A stretch of DNA of 64,000 bases from Calditrichaceae bacterium (GTDB taxonomy: Bacteria > Calditrichota > Calditrichia > Calditrichales > JBFXGD01), in contig JBFXLE010000009.1 in NCBI GenBank assembly GCA_050173015.1, positions 98,913-162,912 on the forward strand, given 5' to 3'. The stretch's first letter is position 1; each line of letters starts with the position of its first letter. The notes beneath the pieces were generated by a model. That model ran no database searches and was not told the origin of the DNA. It was given only the letters and a program-made list of their open reading frames with translations. Below are positions 55,537-64,000 of this stretch, in pieces. The position numbers were made by a program, and so were the translations under genes.

Positions 55537-56982
55537 ATGAGTAGTGAAGTAGAAAAATTAGAATCCCTGGCTAACAGGGAGTATAAATACGGTTTTATAA
55601 CCGATATTGAAACGGATTCCTTGCCACCCGGCTTAAACGAAGATGTAATTCGGGCCATTTCCGCAAAGAAAAATGAGCCGGAATTTATGCTTGAATGGCG
55701 GTTAAAAGGCTATCGTAACTGGCTTAATATGAATGAACCCAATTGGGCGAAGGTGAAATATCCAAAAATTGATTATCAGGATATGGTTTATTATTCAGCG
55801 CCCAGGAAGAAACCGAAATATGAGAGCCTTGATGAGGTTGATCCTGAGTTGCTTAAAACCTATGAAAAACTCGGAATTCCCCTAAAAGAACAGGAAATGC
55901 TCGCCGGTGTTGCCGTGGACGCGGTTTTTGACAGTGTCTCTGTCGCGACAACCTTTAAGGGGAAATTGTCCGAAATGGGCATCATCTTTTGCTCAATGAG
56001 CGATGCGATTCAGAATCACCCGGATTTGGTGAAGGAATATCTTGGTTCAGTGGTTCCCACGACAGATAATTTTTTTGCGGCCCTGAATTCAGCGGTTTTT
56101 AGCGACGGATCGTTTATATATATCCCGAAGGGCGTTCATTGTCCGATGGAGCTTTCAACTTATTTCAGAATAAACGCCGCGGATACGGGACAGTTTGAAA
56201 GAACGCTTATCATCGCGGATGAAGGAAGTTATGTAAGTTATCTCGAGGGATGTACCGCTCCCATGCGTGATGAGAATCAGCTTCATGCCGCGGTTGTTGA
56301 GCTTGTCGCCTTAAAGGACGCTAAAATTAAATATTCGACCGTACAAAACTGGTATCCCGGTGATAAGGACGGGAAAGGCGGAATTTATAATTTTGTAACT
56401 AAGCGCGGTATCTGTAAAGGTGACAATTCAAAGATCTCCTGGACGCAGGTTGAAACCGGTTCGGCAATTACATGGAAATACCCGAGTGTCATTCTGAAGG
56501 GTAATAATTCGGTTGGAGAATTTTATTCCGTTGCTCTGACGAACAACTATCAGCAGGCGGATACGGGTACAAAAATGATTCATTTAGGTAAAAATACAAA
56601 AAGCACGATTGTATCAAAGGGAATTTCCGCCGGGAAGAGCAATAATTCCTATCGCGGTTTGGTAAAAGTGACAAAAAACGCAACCAACGCGCGAAATTAC
56701 TCACAGTGCGATTCACTTCTGATAGGTGACAAATGCGGGGCGCATACTTTCCCTTATATCGAAGTCAAAAATACGAGTTCACAGATTGAGCATGAAGCAA
56801 CGACTTCAAAAATCAGCGAAGATCAGGTTTTCTACTGCAATCAGAGAGGAATATCCACTGAAGATGCCGTTTCAATGATTGTAAACGGTTATTGTAAAGA
56901 AGTATTTCGAGAATTACCAATGGAGTTTGCGGTCGAAGCTCAAAATCTGCTTAGCGTAAGCCTTGAGGGCAGTGTCGGTTAA
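55537..56982 (+). CDS. sufB: Fe-S cluster assembly scaffold SufB
   Basis: 481 aa with family-typical sequence throughout ([29 protein letters not shown]). Confidence 0.9.
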   Translation: MSSEVEKLESLANREYKYGFITDIETDSLPPGLNEDVIRAISAKKNEPEFMLEWRLKGYRNWLNMNEPNWAKVKYPKIDYQDMVYYSAPRKKPKYESLDEVDPELLKTYEKLGIPLKEQEMLAGVAVDAVFDSVSVATTFKGKLSEMGIIFCSMSDAIQNHPDLVKEYLGSVVPTTDNFFAALNSAVFSDGSFIYIPKGVHCPMELSTYFRINAADTGQFERTLIIADEGSYVSYLEGCTAPMRDENQLHAAVVELVALKDAKIKYSTVQNWYPGDKDGKGGIYNFVTKRGICKGDNSKISWTQVETGSAITWKYPSVILKGNNSVGEFYSVALTNNYQQADTGTKMIHLGKNTKSTIVSKGISAGKSNNSYRGLVKVTKNATNARNYSQCDSLLIGDKCGAHTFPYIEVKNTSSQIEHEATTSKISEDQVFYCNQRGISTEDAVSMIVNGYCKEVFRELPMEFAVEAQNLLSVSLEGSVG

Positions 56983-57016
56983 GTTGTTATGAAAATTTGA
57001 ATTGGAGAAAAATCGA

Positions 57017-57754
57017 ATGTTAGAAATAAAGAATTTGCATGCTTCAGTAGAAGGCAATGAGATACTGAAAGGTATCGATCTGAAGGTAAACGCGGGCGAA
57101 ATACATGCCATAATGGGGCCGAACGGATCCGGAAAAAGCACTTTGGCTAATGTGCTGGCCGGGAAGGAAGAGTATGAAGTAACAGCGGGAGAAGTGATCT
57201 ATAATAACACGGACCTGCTGGATTTGGCGGCGGAAGACCGCGCAAAGAGTGGAATATTTCTCGCGTTCCAATATCCGGTCGAAATACCCGGAGTCAGTAA
57301 TATCTATTTTTTGAAAACAGCGTTAAACGAGGTTAGAAAATTCAAAGGTATGGAAGAAATTGATGCCGCTGACTTTCTCGCGCTCGTCAAAGAAAAATCC
57401 GCTTTTGTGGAAATGGATCGCAGCCTGCTTAACCGATCAGTCAATGAGGGATTTTCAGGCGGCGAAAAGAAAAGAAATGAAATTTTTCAAATGGCTATAC
57501 TTGAACCAAAACTGGCTATTCTTGACGAAACGGATTCGGGTCTGGATATTGACGCGCTTAAAATTGTCGCAAACGGTGTAAATAAATTAAAAAGCAAGGA
57601 AAACGCGACGGTGGTCGTGACCCATTACCAGCGTTTGCTTGATTACATCATTCCTGATTTTGTGCATGTTCTTTATAAAGGGCGCATCATTAAATCAGGC
57701 GGCAAAGAACTCGCGCTTGAACTGGAAGAAAAAGGATACGATTGGTTAAAATAA
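57017..57754 (+). CDS. sufC: Fe-S cluster assembly ATPase SufC
   Basis: MLEIKNLHASV, GPNGSGKST, the SGGEKKRNEI signature and ILDETDSGLD. I prefer the ATG at 57017 over the TTG at 57002. Confidence 0.9.
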   Translation: MLEIKNLHASVEGNEILKGIDLKVNAGEIHAIMGPNGSGKSTLANVLAGKEEYEVTAGEVIYNNTDLLDLAAEDRAKSGIFLAFQYPVEIPGVSNIYFLKTALNEVRKFKGMEEIDAADFLALVKEKSAFVEMDRSLLNRSVNEGFSGGEKKRNEIFQMAILEPKLAILDETDSGLDIDALKIVANGVNKLKSKENATVVVTHYQRLLDYIIPDFVHVLYKGRIIKSGGKELALELEEKGYDWLK

Positions 57755-57782
57755 CTCAAATCCCTTGAATTGAGGATCTAAG

Positions 57783-59105
57783 ATGTCGAAAGAAATAAAA
57801 GAAACAGAAACATATATAAGAAATTTTGCAGAATTTGAGAAGGATCTGGACGAACAGGCGACCGGAGAAATTCACAATATGCGAAGAAATGCCATAAACC
57901 TGTTCAGTAAAGTCGGTTTTCCCGGTACGCGGGAAGAAGAATGGCGCTACACCAATGTGGCTCCGATCGCCAAAACCGAATTTATGCTTTTTAATGATTA
58001 TGACCGCCACGATCTTGATGTTGCCAGTATGGATAAGCTATATTTTAAGAACTGGCAGGGCTGGGTCCTGGTTTTTATAAACGGATTTTTCTCTGAAGAA
58101 TTTTCAAAATTGGAAAACATTCCGGATGGAATTAAGATCCTGAACATGGCGGAAGCTCTTCGGTCGGATTCTGAGATCGTCAGGGAAAACCTGAACAAAA
58201 GCGCGGGATATGAAAATGATCCATTTTTTGCTCTCAATACGGCATTCATGCGTGATGGGGCATTCATTACAGTCGCCGATAATACAGTTATTGAAAAAGA
58301 CATACATTTGATGTTTGTCTCCACGGAATCGAAAACAAAAGCTCATATGGCTTATCCAAGGAATCTTATCTCTGTGGGCCGGAACAGCCGTTTACAGGTG
58401 GTGGAAACGTACGTCGGAATTTCGGATAATATCTATTTTAATAATCATGCCACTGAAATTTTTCTTGACGAGAACGCGCAATTAGAATATAACAGAATTC
58501 AAAACGAGAGCCGGAATGCGTTTCATATCGAAAATATCAACATTCATCAGAAACGTTCAAGCGTGTTCCATTCAAATTCAATCGATTTTGGCGGGGCGCT
58601 TGTAAGGAATAACATATATAACACGCTCGACGCTGAAGGGGCCGAGACGACTTTGAACGGAATATATGTGGGAAGCGGTCAACAGCATATTGACAATCAC
58701 ACTTTTATTGATCATGCAAAACCCTATTGCAACAGTAAGGAATTATATCGGGGTATTCTGGATGACAAATCCGGAGGCGTGTTCAGCGGAAAGATTATGG
58801 TGCGTCAGGACGCGCAAAAAACAGACGCGAATCAATCAAATAACTGCCTGCTGCTTTCTGAAGACGCCACGATAGATTCTAAACCACAGCTTGAGATTTA
58901 TGCGGATGACGTGCGTTGTACGCACGGGGCAACGGTTGGGCAACTGGACAAGGATGCCATATTCTATCTTAAATCGCGCGGCATTTCCGAGAAACAGGCG
59001 CACAGCATCCTGACTTATGCCTTTGTGAAGGAAGTAATCGACCATATAAAAATTGATTCTGTCAGAGAATCGATTGATGAGATTCTACGTGATCGGCTGG
59101 CGTAA
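57783..59105 (+). CDS. sufD: Fe-S cluster assembly protein SufD
   Basis: 440 aa, positioned after sufC, with the C-terminal beta-helix pattern (LEIYADDVRCTHGATVGQLD). Confidence 0.85.
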   Translation: MSKEIKETETYIRNFAEFEKDLDEQATGEIHNMRRNAINLFSKVGFPGTREEEWRYTNVAPIAKTEFMLFNDYDRHDLDVASMDKLYFKNWQGWVLVFINGFFSEEFSKLENIPDGIKILNMAEALRSDSEIVRENLNKSAGYENDPFFALNTAFMRDGAFITVADNTVIEKDIHLMFVSTESKTKAHMAYPRNLISVGRNSRLQVVETYVGISDNIYFNNHATEIFLDENAQLEYNRIQNESRNAFHIENINIHQKRSSVFHSNSIDFGGALVRNNIYNTLDAEGAETTLNGIYVGSGQQHIDNHTFIDHAKPYCNSKELYRGILDDKSGGVFSGKIMVRQDAQKTDANQSNNCLLLSEDATIDSKPQLEIYADDVRCTHGATVGQLDKDAIFYLKSRGISEKQAHSILTYAFVKEVIDHIKIDSVRESIDEILRDRLA

Positions 59106-59224
59106 AAAGCTTTTTTGAGTGTGTTCAATAAATGTCATTGATAATTTCCATAATTGGAATTTATTATTTACATTTGTCGAATCATAAATTATGAAAAACT
59201 AAATATAGCAAAGGCATTTATCTG

Positions 59225-59677
59225 ATGGATGAGTTTCGGGAATTATATCAGGAAATCATCATGGATCACAACCGGTCGCCAAAAAATTTTCGAAAAATCG
59301 AGAACGCGGGCCGGGTGATTGATGGTACCAATCCGCTTTGCGGAGATCATTATACAATCTACCTTGTTTTGGAGAACGGTGTCATAAAGGATATTAGTTT
59401 TCAGGGCGCGGGGTGCGCTATATCCAAGGCGTCTGCATCGGTTATGAGCGAAACGCTAAAGGGCAAAACGGTCCGGGAAGCTGAACATTTGTTCGAACTG
59501 TTTCATGGTATTATAACCGGGGAAAAGGAAGCGGCGGAATTTGCAGATGAACTCGGTAAATTAATCGCGTTCGCCGGGGTCGCTGAATTTCCGGTGCGTG
59601 TAAAATGCGCAACTCTTCCCTGGCATACAATGCATACCGCGCTTAATAGTGAGGCCGGTACAATATCAACGGAATAG
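59225..59677 (+). CDS. sufU: SUF-type NifU/IscU-like scaffold (SufU)
   Basis: NPLCGD, GAGCAISKASAS and VKCATLPW motifs. Confidence 0.8.
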   Translation: MDEFRELYQEIIMDHNRSPKNFRKIENAGRVIDGTNPLCGDHYTIYLVLENGVIKDISFQGAGCAISKASASVMSETLKGKTVREAEHLFELFHGIITGEKEAAEFADELGKLIAFAGVAEFPVRVKCATLPWHTMHTALNSEAGTISTE

Positions 59678-59679
59678 CA

Positions 59680-60003
59680 GTGAAGCGCATGAGTGCAAAA
59701 ACGATGATCAAGACAGATGATATCATTGGTGTTTTGAAAAGTATATTCGATCCGGAGATCCCTGTTAACATTTACGAACTCGGACTAATCTACGATATCA
59801 AAATTGAAGCATCTGATATCAAAATCCAGATGACATTAACTTCTCCGAACTGTCCGGCAGCGCAGTCGTTGCCTGTTGAGGTTAAGAATAAAGTTGCTGA
59901 ATTGTCCGGAGTAAGTGACGTAAAAGTTGATATTGTCTGGGAACCCGGATGGGGGCCCGAAATGATGTCGGATGCCGCGAAACTGCAATTAGGATTTATG
60001 TAA
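59680..60003 (+). CDS. DUF59/SufT-like Fe-S assembly protein (copy 2)
   Basis: IFDPEIPVNIYELGLIY...MTLTSPNCP. Paralogous to 55198-55509. Confidence 0.75.
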   Translation: MKRMSAKTMIKTDDIIGVLKSIFDPEIPVNIYELGLIYDIKIEASDIKIQMTLTSPNCPAAQSLPVEVKNKVAELSGVSDVKVDIVWEPGWGPEMMSDAAKLQLGFM

Positions 60004-60050
60004 TTTATTTTGATACCATCAAGTTTATTCAATAATTAAAGGCGATTATC

Positions 60051-61316
60051 ATGGAAGTTATGAGACGCATAGAGGATAAATCAAATATCAGTGAAAAATT
60101 TGAAACGAATCAAATAAGAGCGGATTTTCCCATTCTAAATGAGCTGATTCACGGTAAGCCTCTGGTTTATTTTGATAACGCAGCGACAACTCATAAACCC
60201 AAAAGTGTGATTGACCGAATAGTTAATTACTATGAACATGAAAATGCCAATGTACATCGCGCTATTCATCAATTGGGCGAGCGCGCCACTTTGGGATATG
60301 AAAATGCAAGACAAATAGTCGCCCGCTTTATCGGGGCAAAGTCGGGAAAACAGATTGTCTTTACAAAGGGAACAACTGACGCCATTAATCTTGTCGCCAC
60401 CGCGTGGGGGAGAAAATTTATCGGCCAGGGCGACGAAATCATACTCAGCGAAATGGAACATCACAGCAACCTGATACCCTGGCAGCTCCTGGCAAAAGAT
60501 GTCGGAGCCACTCTCAGATTTATTCCCTTCAGGGAAGACGGTTCGCTTGAATTTCCTGTATTTGAACAGATATTATCAAATAAAACGAAGATCATCTCTA
60601 TCACTCACATGTCCAATGTCTTTGGCACCATAAATCCCGTTAAAAAAATCATCCGGATGGCTCATGACAGAGGTATCCCTGTGATGTTGGATGCGGCTCA
60701 AAGTGTGCCCCATTTACCCATCAATGTTGAACATCTGGATTGTGATTTTCTGGCGTTTTCCGGGCATAAGATGCTTGGTCCCACCGGAATCGGAGTGCTG
60801 TATGCAAAGGCCAGGATTTTAGAAAACATGAATCCCTACCAGGGTGGGGGAGAGATGATAAATTCCGTCTGGCTTGAAAATGCCACATGGAATGAAATTC
60901 CACATAAATTTGAAGCCGGAACACCCAATATCGCCGGCGCGATAGGCTTTTCGGCGGCGGTTGAATACCTCGAAAATATTGGCATGAACGCGATAACCAT
61001 GTACGAACAGGATATCACTACCTATGCTCTTGATAAGATGAGAGAACTTGAGAACATCAAAATTTACGGATCTGCCCCGGAACGCGGCGGCGTGATCTCG
61101 TTTAATCTCGGAAACATTCATCCTCACGATCTTTCTCATTTTCTGGACCAACAGGGAATTGCGGTCAGAGCCGGTCACCATTGCGCTCAGCCGATTATGC
61201 GCAAACTGGATATAGCCGCTACGACGAGAGCCAGTTTTTATTTTTATAATACCTTTGAGGAAGTTGATTATTTTATCGATCAATTACAAAAGGCCCAGAA
61301 ATTTTTCAAATTTTAA
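60051..61316 (+). CDS. sufS: Cysteine desulfurase SufS
   Basis: YFDNAATT, MEHHSN, SGHKMLGPTG (PLP lysine) and RAGHHCAQP. Confidence 0.9.
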   Translation: MEVMRRIEDKSNISEKFETNQIRADFPILNELIHGKPLVYFDNAATTHKPKSVIDRIVNYYEHENANVHRAIHQLGERATLGYENARQIVARFIGAKSGKQIVFTKGTTDAINLVATAWGRKFIGQGDEIILSEMEHHSNLIPWQLLAKDVGATLRFIPFREDGSLEFPVFEQILSNKTKIISITHMSNVFGTINPVKKIIRMAHDRGIPVMLDAAQSVPHLPINVEHLDCDFLAFSGHKMLGPTGIGVLYAKARILENMNPYQGGGEMINSVWLENATWNEIPHKFEAGTPNIAGAIGFSAAVEYLENIGMNAITMYEQDITTYALDKMRELENIKIYGSAPERGGVISFNLGNIHPHDLSHFLDQQGIAVRAGHHCAQPIMRKLDIAATTRASFYFYNTFEEVDYFIDQLQKAQKFFKF

Positions 61317-61340
61317 TGTTAAATTTTAACCATATTTATG

Positions 61341-61370
61341 AAATGCGCAGGTATTGCGCATTTCTTTTAA
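61341..61370 (+). terminator. Rho-independent terminator of the suf operon
   Basis: aaatgcgca-ggtat-tgcgcattt (9-bp stem) followed by cttttaagtttg. Confidence 0.7.
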
Positions 61371-61488
61371 GTTTGTTGCTTCTCCGACCGAAAATTAGCT
61401 TTATGATACTATCCCCCGATTATATTTTAAATAAAGTGACTCCGGGAACTTTAGTGTTGATTGAGTAATTCCACTTTACTATATTACA

Positions 61489-62670
61489 TTGCTGAAATCT
61501 GGCTGGAGGTTTGGTTTGGATTCAAAGCGAAAACTGAGTCATAGTGAGCAGAAAAAGTATATCTCATTAAGAAGAGCATTTAACAAACCCGTCATTGGGA
61601 TCACCGGTTATCTTGGAAAATCCACAACGCTGGAGATGCTGAGTACGATACTGGAATCAAGGGGAAAAGTACTCAAAAACGCTCACGGATTCGGCAACTG
61701 GCAGAATAATATTGCCACTCTCGAAAAATTAAATTCCGAATATGATTATGCCTTATTTGAGTTTGATTATCAACGCGGAAATCATTTTAGTGAGATTCTA
61801 CGGCTGATCAAGCCTACAATTGGTATTGTCACAAACATCGGTGATGCGCATTTGAATTACCTCGGGAATATGATGGAAATAGCGCTTGAAAAATCCGCTG
61901 TGGTAAAATATCTCGCAAGGGACGGAGTTGCCATTCTTAATAAGGATGATGAATTAAGCTCATCACTTGCAAATTATATTACAAAGGCAAAAGTTGTAAA
62001 ATACGGACTTAGCCCAAACTCCGATTACTTTGCGACGGATATCAGACAAGTGGGGCCGGAAGGTATAAATTTCCGTCTGAACGGCCACTATGAAATAACT
62101 TTACCCTTGTTTAGCGTACCTGATGTTTATAATTTCCTCGGAGCGGCTGCATCCGCTGTAAATCTTGGCTTCTCATTGCAGGAAATCGTCAATATTTTTA
62201 AGTCCGGTTACCAGATGTCAAGAGGGCGCGGCCGACTGATAAAAATAAACAATTTTTATGTCCTTGATGAAAGTTACGTCGGGACTCCCCGTTCCGTAAG
62301 CAAAGCGGCACGATCTTTGATAGCTTTTAAACCATATTCTAAAAAATTGATATATATTGTTGGCGACATGACGGAATCTGGGCCAAATATTGAGGAGCAG
62401 CATTTGAATATGGGTTATTTTTTATCCGCGCTGCCTATTGATTATCTGATTACTGTAGGTGAGTATGCCGGGTACATCGCCAAAGGAGCATCTCTCATCA
62501 TGACAAATCACAAAAAGATATTTTCATTAAATACAATTGATGAAATTTTATCGGTTCTTGATGATATCGTGGATGATAACGCGGCCATCTCCGTAAAAGG
62601 CATCGGATCGGTCGCCATGCACAGAATTGAAAAATATTTACAAACCCGTTTAGAAAGTGTTCATTTATAG
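61489..62670 (+). CDS. Mur ligase family protein lacking the usual N-terminal domain (MurF-like)
   Basis: VIGITGYLGKSTT P-loop about 35 aa from the start, and IGIVTNIGDAHL. TTG start and 393 aa. Confidence 0.55.
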   Translation: MLKSGWRFGLDSKRKLSHSEQKKYISLRRAFNKPVIGITGYLGKSTTLEMLSTILESRGKVLKNAHGFGNWQNNIATLEKLNSEYDYALFEFDYQRGNHFSEILRLIKPTIGIVTNIGDAHLNYLGNMMEIALEKSAVVKYLARDGVAILNKDDELSSSLANYITKAKVVKYGLSPNSDYFATDIRQVGPEGINFRLNGHYEITLPLFSVPDVYNFLGAAASAVNLGFSLQEIVNIFKSGYQMSRGRGRLIKINNFYVLDESYVGTPRSVSKAARSLIAFKPYSKKLIYIVGDMTESGPNIEEQHLNMGYFLSALPIDYLITVGEYAGYIAKGASLIMTNHKKIFSLNTIDEILSVLDDIVDDNAAISVKGIGSVAMHRIEKYLQTRLESVHL

Positions 62671-62696
62671 ATCGGATACAAGTGAGAGAGGAATGT

Positions 62697-64000
62697 ATGA
62701 GGAAATTTAATAAAAACTGGCTGTTTTCAATACTGATTCTGATTTCTACAGGTAATATCGCATTCGCGCAAATGTCACCTAAAGATAAGTTTTTTCAGGA
62801 TTATGAGAAACTGATCGAGGAAGTGCGCGCGCAGAACGGTGAGATACTTTCTCCAAAAAATTTTAAAAAAGCAATTGAGAAATATGAAGAGGCGAGTCGG
62901 GATTATGATTCCAAGAAGAGTATTAAAACCGTCAGGGAGAGTCTCGATGAAGCGTCCAAATATGCAAACAGAACTCTGGAAGTGATTAATCTGGCGAAGG
63001 TATCCCTCGCTTCGGCTATAGAAGCCCGCGATGCCGCGTTGTCAGCTGAAGCGCCTTTATATTCGGAAAAAAACTGGGAGGAAGCTGAGAAAAAATTCAG
63101 TGACGCTGCGCGGGAGCTTGAAGATGATGATATGAACGGAGCCCGAAAAAAGGGAAACGAATCTATCACCCTATACAAAAAAGCTGAACTGCTGGCTATT
63201 AAGAACGGAATATTGGGAGAAGCGAGGGAGCAGATCGCTCTTGCGGAAGAGGCAAATGCTAAAGAGTATTGTTTCCATACACTGAGCAATGCGCAAAATC
63301 TTCTCGCACAGGCTGAGCAGACTTTAAACAGAGACCGTTACGCCAGAGATGAAGCGATCAAAAAAGCTCAGGAAGCGGCCTATCAGGGACGTCATGCGCA
63401 ATATCTTGCAAAAACCATCAGCGTTTTGACAAAAAAACAACAAAACTGGGAAAATGTGATTCTTAAATTTGAAGAAATACTAACCAATCTAAGTTCTCTT
63501 TTTAATTATCAGCCGTCTTTTGAAGCAGGCATGGATAACGGGGTTAAATCCTTAACCGCCTACATTCAAAGTTTAAAAGAAGAGAAAAAAAGGCTGGTGG
63601 AGGAAAATTCAGAACTTGAAGAAGAACTCAATGCCGTGAGAGAGAGAGAAGCCAATTATTCTGCAGAGCTTCAGAAAAAGCTTAACCGCGAGAAGAAAAT
63701 TGAGAAAGTAAAATCTCTGTTTACTCCTGAAGAAGCAAAAGTGATTTATGAAGGAGATAATCTGATTATTCGTCTCGCCGGTTTTAATTTTCCGTCAGGG
63801 CAGGCTATTATTCAACCGGAATATTTTTCTCTACTCACAAAGATTCAGCGCGCGATAAATGAATTTCCGGGGAGTCACATACTTATTGAAGGGCATACCG
63901 ACTCGGTAGGAGATGCATACAAAAACAAAGTTTTGTCTGAACAGCGCGCGGGGGCTGTAAGAGAATATCTATTGGCGAATATGGATGTTCAGCCTGAGCA
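62697..64000 (+). CDS. OmpA-family protein with a long coiled-coil N-terminal region (C-terminus beyond the window)
   Basis: Manual translation gives MRKFNKNWLFSILILISTGNIAFAQ (signal peptide). The end of the window reads LIEGHTDSVGDAYKNKVLSEQRAGAVREYL, the OmpA_C motif. It is absent from the ORF track because it is open at the window edge. Confidence 0.75.
   Translation, partial: MRKFNKNWLFSILILISTGNIAFAQMSPKDKFFQDYEKLIEEVRAQNGEILSPKNFKKAIEKYEEASRDYDSKKSIKTVRESLDEASKYANRTLEVINLAKVSLASAIEARDAALSAEAPLYSEKNWEEAEKKFSDAARELEDDDMNGARKKGNESITLYKKAELLAIKNGILGEAREQIALAEEANAKEYCFHTLSNAQNLLAQAEQTLNRDRYARDEAIKKAQEAAYQGRHAQYLAKTISVLTKKQQNWENVILKFEEILTNLSSLFNYQPSFEAGMDNGVKSLTAYIQSLKEEKKRLVEENSELEEELNAVREREANYSAELQKKLNREKKIEKVKSLFTPEEAKVIYEGDNLIIRLAGFNFPSGQAIIQPEYFSLLTKIQRAINEFPGSHILIEGHTDSVGDAYKNKVLSEQRAGAVREYLLANMDVQPE

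Overview
The window has two parts. The flanks, about 1-6.8 kb and 28.6-64 kb, are ordinary chromosomal housekeeping DNA from a Gram-negative, moderately AT-rich bacterium. They encode peptidases, a geranylgeranyl-reductase-like flavoprotein, a tandem Usp protein, a cell-wall recycling cluster (AmpG-like, SpoIID, sugar kinase, GT2), RlmI, a hybrid sensor kinase, MutL, MiaA, pyruvate kinase, LplA, tRNA-Ala, and a complete Rrf2-regulated suf Fe-S operon.

Between them, at about 6.8-28.6 kb, lies an island that looks more AT-rich by eye. All 14 credible ORFs in it are on the + strand. They are separated by imperfect inverted repeats of about 120-147 bp. Each begins with an RYYYAAC-like inverse core (GCCTAAC, CATAAC, GCTAAC and similar) and ends with a GTTRRRY-like core (GTTAGCT, GTTATGC and similar). 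I read these as integron attC sites.

I therefore call the island an integron-type cassette array with no intact integrase (CALIN-like). What remains of the integrase is a decayed 3' fragment of a tyrosine recombinase gene reading towards the cassettes. That vestige, together with a downstream hairpin and a GTT core, is present three times in the array.

The cargo looks like a phage-defence collection:
- a type II Thoeris pair (TIR plus 2TM-Macro);
- a possible HEPN-motif protein plus a small partner;
- a lone polytopic membrane protein;
- two unrelated, translationally coupled two-gene cassettes of unknown function;
- a Type I R-M system in the order R-S-[RAYT transposase]-M, with REP-like hairpins inserted in frame;
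- a roughly 2020-aa STAND NTPase with an N-terminal Cap4/DUF4297-like nuclease (Avs-like).

A second family of structured inverted repeats, about 75 bp long and showing compensatory arm substitutions, brackets the two large cargoes. It also supplies homologous 5' leaders to two unrelated genes.

The best candidates for undescribed systems are the unannotatable cassettes at 8968-10164, 10346-11230, 11684-12932 and 20573-21569, together with the unusual scaffold itself. All functional calls come from motif recognition by eye. No searches or computations were run.
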